A DNA stretch of 64,000 bases, taken from positions 64,001 to 128,000 of the IMG/VR virus record IMGVR_UViG_3300023184_000030. One strand, 5' to 3'. Under the pieces are notes generated by a model that ran no database searches, was not told the origin of the DNA, and saw only the letters and a list, made by a program, of their open reading frames with translations. Of the stretch, positions 58,716 to 64,000 are shown piece after piece. Each line of letters opens with the position of its first letter. Position 1 is the stretch's first letter. This stretch comes from a virus. The position numbers and the translations under genes were made by a program.

Positions 58716-59863
58716 TAGTTATTTAGTTTATCTTTTGCTGATCTTAATTTACCAGCGTCAATTTTACCGGTGGGTGTAACAAATACATCAGAAATTATTT
58801 TCTTGGTTCCAGAGTTTGCATCTTCACCATCAACTATTCCTTGATTTATCATATTGGTTAACTTGGTAAACTCCTGCTCCTTGCTTAATTTTTTATCTAT
58901 ATCTGATTCAGTTTTACCTAGGTCTCTGAATAATTTCAATAGATTTTTTTTAGAATCTAAGGCTGAGCTAAGTTCAAGCAATTCAATCTTAGACCTTTCT
59001 ACGTAAGATTTACTAACTTTATCAGGGTTAGCTTTTATTCTTTTTTCTAAAGTTGTCAATTTCCTTTCGATGTCTGCTCTTAAATCAGCAATATCTTTTT
59101 CTAGTTCTTTTTTTCTATCAATGATATCCTTGCCTCTTCTTCCAGCAACCTTTCTCTTTTCCTTCTCAGGATCTAACGAAAGATCATCAGAATTATCCGA
59201 TTCTGGTCCTTCTTCCGATTTGGATTTTTTATCCATTTGGTCTTTTAGATCTTGAGCTTTTTCTTCTGCCTCTTTCTTCTTCTCCTTAATCTTCTCTTCG
59301 AATTTTTTGATATCCGAATCATCAGCTCTATCCTTAGCTAATTTGTATTCAAGTTCAGCTAATGCAATTTCGTCATCTGCTCTTGCTGCTTCGAAATATT
59401 CTCTTCTTCTAGGATTATTTTCAATGACCTTGTTTATGTAATCCTTTGCTTTCTTTATCTTAAGAGCATGAGACTTTAGGAAGGATTCAAACTCTCTTAT
59501 TTTACTGTCTCTATCTTTCTCAACAGCGTTTATTTTTTCTTTATCGTTTATCGAACTTAAACCATCTATCTCAGAATCCAATTTCTCTACGCTTTCATCA
59601 AAAGCATCCCTCTTTTCTATAATATCAATTTCTAAGTCTACCAGAAGTTTTCTAGCCTTATCAATCATACCAACTCTAGATAAAGAGCCTAAGAAAAATT
59701 TAGAAAGAGAATTCTTAAGGTAGTCTCCGAAGATTCCTTCGTTTATTGTGTGGTTAGGTTCTGCTGCTTCTAAAGAAGCAAACTCCTCACTAAGTTCACG
59801 GTCTACAGTTTCTATTAGAGACTCGTATTTTTTAAAATCATTAAAAGATGGTAAATTCTTCAT
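58715..59863 (-). CDS. Coiled-coil candidate internal head protein (382 aa)
   Basis: MKNLPSFNDF...LIE...INE|GIFGDYLKNSLSKFF; highly charged helical body; directly after the MCP gene. Confidence 0.65.
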   Translation of the reverse strand: MKNLPSFNDFKKYESLIETVDRELSEEFASLEAAEPNHTINEGIFGDYLKNSLSKFFLGSLSRVGMIDKARKLLVDLEIDIIEKRDAFDESVEKLDSEIDGLSSINDKEKINAVEKDRDSKIREFESFLKSHALKIKKAKDYINKVIENNPRRREYFEAARADDEIALAELEYKLAKDRADDSDIKKFEEKIKEKKKEAEEKAQDLKDQMDKKSKSEEGPESDNSDDLSLDPEKEKRKVAGRRGKDIIDRKKELEKDIADLRADIERKLTTLEKRIKANPDKVSKSYVERSKIELLELSSALDSKKNLLKLFRDLGKTESDIDKKLSKEQEFTKLTNMINQGIVDGEDANSGTKKIISDVFVTPTGKIDAGKLRSAKDKLNN

Positions 59864-59889
59864 TACAATACAATACTTTTTTTACATTG

Positions 59890-59897
59890 TATATATC
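59890..59897 (-). promoter_or_regulatory. Putative late promoter GATATATA
   Basis: 34 nt upstream of ATG 59863, downstream of the MCP terminator. Confidence 0.65.
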
Positions 59898-59930
59898 CAA
59901 TTTATATTTTCATTCTTAACCAGCAAGCAC

Positions 59931-59961
59931 AAAAAAACCCTAGGATAAATCCTAGGGTTTT
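59931..59961 (-). terminator. Rho-independent terminator after the major capsid gene
   Basis: Stem CCCTAGGAT/ATCCTAGGG with a T7 tail on the minus strand. Confidence 0.85.
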
Positions 59962-59979
59962 AATTATGCGTGAGTTAGA

Positions 59980-61701
59980 TTATGCTAAACCGCCAGCAGG
60001 TACGTTAACATAGAATGTTAAGTACATAGTTTCTGGTAAGAAACCAGCTTCTACTAGAGCGTATCTAGATTTAACTGCGATTTTAGGTGACATTGTACCT
60101 TCAGAGATAGTCTGAATAGATTCTGCCATCATGTAAGGCATAAATTTGATACCTGGCTCATCGTCTCCACCTTTTCTACCGATACAAACTCTTGTATCAC
60201 TGTAGCTCATGTTTTGATCAACATATACAGTCATACCAGCAAGCGAACCTACAGGGTATAAAGTACCGTTGTTTTGAGTTAAAGTGTTAGAGAATGGAGC
60301 GAAAGTGAATTGAGAGATGTCTTGAAGTGCACTTGCAACTGCAGCGTTTGTAACGATGAAGTTAGCAGGACCTCTTCTACCTCTGTTAGCTACCACGTTA
60401 GCAGCTGCAAGGATTCTAGAGAATAATCTTCTTTGTAAAGTTGATAAGTTCTCATATCCTCCTGATGCAGGACCTGCAGGGATTACCATAGTTCCAGTAG
60501 TATCGTCTTTTCTAACATAAGCAGCTGTAGTTCCAGCACCACCACCAATAACTAAGTTTAAGTTAAGGTTTTGGTTTTCTACACTGTTGAATTGAGTGTG
60601 GTTAGACCATCCTAAAGCAAATGCTCTTGAAAGGATGTGCTTGTTAATTGCTTGAGAAACCTCGTTAACTAATGCGTTCTCGATCATTGAAATAACATCG
60701 ATACCGAATTGTTTGTTAAGGTCTTGGATTTGCTCAGTTGTAACTGATGCAGCAACTTGGAAAGTTTCAGCTTCTACGAATTTAGTGAAAGTTGAAAGAC
60801 CCATTGAGTTGTAGTAAGTAGACTCAGCAACACCTCTTAACATTGGGTTGTAAGTTTTAGTACCATCAACGTAAGGACCTTGCCAAGCTTGGTCGTTGTT
60901 GAAACCAGCTCCAGAGTAACCTTGGATGTGATCTTCTAAAGCTTTAACTAATTGTGCAGTACCTGAGGTATTTGCAGTGTAGAATCCTGATCCACCAGCT
61001 CCAGTAACTACTTGTGCAGGAGTACCGTTGAAGTAAGAAGCAACGTTAGAACCTGATGCGATACCAGTGATTTGGAAAATAGCAAATCCATCAATTCTTG
61101 ATAGACCTACGAAAGTTAGGTTTAAAGTGTTGCTTACAGAAGCAGTAGCACCTGCGGTGAAAGTACCAGCAGTAGCACCAGTAGTACCAGCAGCTCCAGA
61201 AGCAGTTTGGTAAACTGGGAATTTAATCATTGAAGGAGCAGTAGCTAACTGATCAGTTGCATTACCTGCAGCTGCAGCAGCAACTTTACCACCTGCGTAT
61301 ACGTAGTCTAAGTAAGACAAGATACCAGTTGGACCTGACATAGGGATAACAGGAACGATATCAAAACCTACAGTCTTCGCAGCTACTTGAATAGCTAATG
61401 GAAGTAATGAAGGGAATTTATCGCCTGAACCTTGCCAAGTGTTGTTATAAAAACCAGCGTTAGCGCCAGTTGATAATGCAGATCCACCACCGAATGATGC
61501 ACCTGGGAATGCTGGAGGAGCAACAGTACCCATACCGTTTACTACGCCTAGTGAGTTGTATGCACCAGCAGATTCGTTTAATGAATGGTAATGACAATAT
61601 TTAGTCAACCATCCTTTTTTGTTCTCATCTGTGATACCAGCCTTGCTCTCAATAAGAGGTGACCATGTTTCATAGATTTCTTGTTCGTTAATCAATTTCA
61701 T
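59980..61701 (-). CDS. gp23: Major capsid protein, T4 gp23-like (573 aa)
   Basis: WSPLIE, DIVPVIPMSGPTG, EQIQDL, RRGPANFIV, VGSLAGMTVYVD, FMPY, SPKIAVKSRYAL motifs; follows the protease/scaffold gene. Confidence 0.93.
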   Translation of the reverse strand: MKLINEQEIYETWSPLIESKAGITDENKKGWLTKYCHYHSLNESAGAYNSLGVVNGMGTVAPPAFPGASFGGGSALSTGANAGFYNNTWQGSGDKFPSLLPLAIQVAAKTVGFDIVPVIPMSGPTGILSYLDYVYAGGKVAAAAAGNATDQLATAPSMIKFPVYQTASGAAGTTGATAGTFTAGATASVSNTLNLTFVGLSRIDGFAIFQITGIASGSNVASYFNGTPAQVVTGAGGSGFYTANTSGTAQLVKALEDHIQGYSGAGFNNDQAWQGPYVDGTKTYNPMLRGVAESTYYNSMGLSTFTKFVEAETFQVAASVTTEQIQDLNKQFGIDVISMIENALVNEVSQAINKHILSRAFALGWSNHTQFNSVENQNLNLNLVIGGGAGTTAAYVRKDDTTGTMVIPAGPASGGYENLSTLQRRLFSRILAAANVVANRGRRGPANFIVTNAAVASALQDISQFTFAPFSNTLTQNNGTLYPVGSLAGMTVYVDQNMSYSDTRVCIGRKGGDDEPGIKFMPYMMAESIQTISEGTMSPKIAVKSRYALVEAGFLPETMYLTFYVNVPAGGLA

Positions 61702-61727
61702 GATTTTAGTTGTTTTTTTTAGTTTAT

Positions 61728-63692
61728 TTATCTTTTTGGAAATTTTTGCTCAAGTGCAGAAGCAATATAATTCATATAATCTGAAGAATACGCTTGTGGT
61801 TTTGCAGTCTCGGCTACATTTTCACTCTCGTCAAGTTTTTGTACTCCAACCAATTTAGCTCCAAGCTGACGTGTTGACCAGAAATTTTTGATCTGGTAAG
61901 GTGTATCTAAATTATAGAAGTTTGACTGAGCAACAATTGATTGCTGATGTCCTTCTGATAAAGATTCCCATACCGGAGCATATTCTGCTGGCATTTCGTC
62001 AATAAACTTAAGACCTGTTTTAGTGGTGTCGTCTGACTCGTTAAGAGCTGTTTCGTTAGCCTTTTGTGTTTCGGCTGGTGTTGTTACTGCTTTAGCAGCT
62101 TCGTTGATATTTGAAGCGGTTTTTTGTGTTTTAACCGATTCTATTAATGAATCAATCTGTGAAGTTAAGTTCTCGTAGTTTCCAGCAAAGCCAGATTCAT
62201 TAAGACCTGCTTCTGCAGATAGATTTACATTTTCTACTAATGATGTGGTATTATCAGAAGGCAATTTATTAGCAATTGATTCTGCGATATACTCACTGTA
62301 AGCAATACCTTTGTTTAATTTCTCTGCAAGGTATTCTGAATAGTCTAATCCTTTATTAACATTCTCTGCTAAGTAATCAGAATATTCGATATTTTTGTTT
62401 AGGTTTTCTGCAATGTACTCAGTGTATTCGATTCCGTTGTTTAATTTTTCTGCAACGTACTCCGTATAAGCAATACCTTTATCTAAGTTTTCACCTAAGT
62501 ATTCTGAATAAGCAATACCTTTATCTACGTTTTCTGCTAAGTACTCAGAGTATTGAATATTTTGATCCAATTTTTCTGCTAGGTATTTAGAATATTCGAT
62601 ATTCTTATCTACGCTCTCAGCTACATACTCAGAATAAGAAATAGATTTATCAACATTCTCAGCTAGATATTTAGCATAAGAAATATTTTTATCTAGATTT
62701 TCAGCCAAATATTTACTGTAGTTGATAGTGCTGTCTAAGTTTTCTGCAAGGTATTCACCATACTTAATAGAATTCTCTAAGTTTTCTGCTAAATACTCTG
62801 CATATTTTTCAAGCTTAGCAACTCTTTCCTCAAGAGCTTCATTGGCCTTACTTAAATCTTCAGATTCAGTTAGCGATGTTTTTTGGGTTTTAGCCTCTGC
62901 GATAGCGGCTCTCATCGAATCCATTTCCTTTTTCAAGAAGACTGAATACTGATTAAGCTCCTCCGCAGTAACAAATTCATTGTTCTCCATAAGGACTGAT
63001 TTATTTTTATTGTCTGATTTATTCACGATTTTATTGAATTCTTCGTTATTTTCAACTTTATATATCTTCAATGAAGATTCTTTTTCGATACCTAAAGATT
63101 CATTTAAGCATTCTAATGTATTTAATATGCTATTATTCTTTATATCCTGAAATTGCTGTGATGAAAAGCCTTCACTTTCGTAAACTCTTTCAAGCTGAGC
63201 ATCTTTAAATCCAGGATCTGCTACTAGATCATAGGTAAAGATTTTTTTAATTGCCACTTTTTTATCGTTACCAACAGATCCAGCTGCTCTTGAAGAAATA
63301 GAAAGGGGAACACCAGCATCTACCAGGTTCTTAGCTATTCTACCCGCTGGGGTATCAAGAAGCTTCACTTTTATTTTAAGATCTCTCTTACCTTTATCAT
63401 AATTAAGATCCGTGATCATATGAGAGATGTTCTTAAGCGATACGTCAAATTTCTCGGGGTGATCTAATTCACCAACTAATCTATTCTGAGCTATCTTATC
63501 TTTTAGATAATCTAGATGAGGTAAATATTCACTCTCTTCATAAATTCTATTGTTGTTGTTTTCTTTACCGAAAACAGCAGCAATACCTTCTAGGATATAA
63601 TCATCTGTATCAGACTTTTTAGCTTCTAGAACGGAATTCTGTCTTTCAAGGATGAATACCATGTTTTCATTTATTGATTGTAGTTGTGGCAT
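61728..63692 (-). CDS. gp21: Prohead core protease (T4 gp21-like) fused to scaffold (654 aa)
   Basis: LEGIAAVFGKENNNNRIY, GELDHP, SHMI, LLDTPAG, ISSRAAG, TYDLVADPGF..A motifs; C-terminal coiled-coil repeats. Confidence 0.9.
   Translation of the reverse strand: MPQLQSINENMVFILERQNSVLEAKKSDTDDYILEGIAAVFGKENNNNRIYEESEYLPHLDYLKDKIAQNRLVGELDHPEKFDVSLKNISHMITDLNYDKGKRDLKIKVKLLDTPAGRIAKNLVDAGVPLSISSRAAGSVGNDKKVAIKKIFTYDLVADPGFKDAQLERVYESEGFSSQQFQDIKNNSILNTLECLNESLGIEKESSLKIYKVENNEEFNKIVNKSDNKNKSVLMENNEFVTAEELNQYSVFLKKEMDSMRAAIAEAKTQKTSLTESEDLSKANEALEERVAKLEKYAEYLAENLENSIKYGEYLAENLDSTINYSKYLAENLDKNISYAKYLAENVDKSISYSEYVAESVDKNIEYSKYLAEKLDQNIQYSEYLAENVDKGIAYSEYLGENLDKGIAYTEYVAEKLNNGIEYTEYIAENLNKNIEYSDYLAENVNKGLDYSEYLAEKLNKGIAYSEYIAESIANKLPSDNTTSLVENVNLSAEAGLNESGFAGNYENLTSQIDSLIESVKTQKTASNINEAAKAVTTPAETQKANETALNESDDTTKTGLKFIDEMPAEYAPVWESLSEGHQQSIVAQSNFYNLDTPYQIKNFWSTRQLGAKLVGVQKLDESENVAETAKPQAYSSDYMNYIASALEQKFPKR
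62275..62804 (-). repeat. 42-bp (14-aa) coding tandem repeat Y(S/A/T)(E/K)Y(L/V/I)AE(N/K)(L/V)(D/N)K.I., 12 full copies plus 1 partial
   Basis: YAEYLAENLENSIK YGEYLAENLDSTIN ... YSEYIAES counted from the translation. Confidence 0.95.
63059..63066 (-). promoter_or_regulatory. Intragenic GATATATA motif upstream of a possible nested scaffold start (ATG 62990)
   Basis: Exact motif 76 nt upstream of in-frame Met235, which has an A-rich leader. Confidence 0.45.
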
Positions 63693-63720
63693 GTTTTTTA
63701 TACTACTTTTTTATGTTTAT

Positions 63721-63728
63721 TATATATC
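63721..63728 (-). promoter_or_regulatory. Putative late promoter GATATATA
   Basis: 36 nt upstream of the protease ATG 63692. Confidence 0.65.
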
Positions 63729-63752
63729 GACGGAAAAAATTATTTTTTTCGC

Positions 63753-64000
63753 TTATTCGTATTTTATCCTGTCCTTTGTCTGTTCAACGAATCTTTTGGC
63801 AAGTTCAAAGGCTTCACCATCGGTCGCACTATATTTTCTTGATTTATCACCGAAAGGAGCATATTTGTTTTTAAACTTAACCTGTGTAGCATCTCCTCTA
63901 CTATCAAAAACCTCTTTTGCAAAAGTTATAGTTTTCCAGTTTTCTATCTTAAGTGCCTCTTTATCCCTTGGGGTTAATATGGTATCAAATAGATTTACAC
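63753..64000 (-). CDS. 3' end of a gene entering from the right window edge (...FELAKRFVEQTKDRIKYE*)
   Basis: Open frame from 63998 to TAA at 63755-63753 (hand translation). Confidence 0.7.
   Translation of the reverse strand, partial: VNLFDTILTPRDKEALKIENWKTITFAKEVFDSRGDATQVKFKNKYAPFGDKSRKYSATDGEAFELAKRFVEQTKDRIKYE

Noticed and set aside
61325-61345. MSGPTG in the capsid protein as an instance of the GxTG sequon
   Set aside because: This is the conserved structural motif of all gp23-like capsid proteins, so it was not counted as evidence
1-64000. Alternative genetic code, introns/inteins, tRNAs, DGR or integrase
   Set aside because: Genes are intact and tightly packed in code 11; no intergenic space or motifs for these elements were seen
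1-64000. Apparent abundance of GATC-containing palindromes (no restriction-site avoidance, suggesting protected DNA)
   Set aside because: Impression only; needs observed/expected k-mer counts that cannot be done reliably by eye

Overview
64 kb of an AT-rich, large T4-like (myovirus-type, probably jumbo) bacteriophage genome. It is almost entirely the virion morphogenesis region and is encoded on the minus strand in the standard genetic code. In transcription order (right to left) it holds: a gp21-like prohead protease fused to a repeat-built scaffold; the gp23-like major capsid protein; candidate internal head/ejection proteins; a dNMP-kinase-like + AsnB-like pair; a Nudix hydrolase; baseplate hub, spike and wedge genes; a ribosomal protein S1 homologue next to an amidoligase-like gene; a neck protein; very large baseplate/receptor-binding proteins; phoH on the + strand; three paralogous collagen-containing fibres; and a spanin-like lipoprotein. 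A TAnnTTTG promoter, SD-less A-rich leaders and Reg_prop-type propellers suggest a Bacteroidota host. The patterns that ordinary annotation would miss are: (1) a G-x-T-G/A/S peptide motif scattered through outer virion proteins, a candidate virion-wide modification sequon; (2) a GATATATA late-promoter motif about 24-40 nt before 13 gene starts, with a further copy inside the protease gene ahead of a likely nested scaffold start; (3) an N-terminal F-x-x-F...(L/I/V)NE signature that marks a family of packaged, protease-processed head proteins; (4) 14-aa and 23-aa tandem repeats; (5) no gene ending in TAG. All product calls come from motif recognition and gene context, not from database searches.
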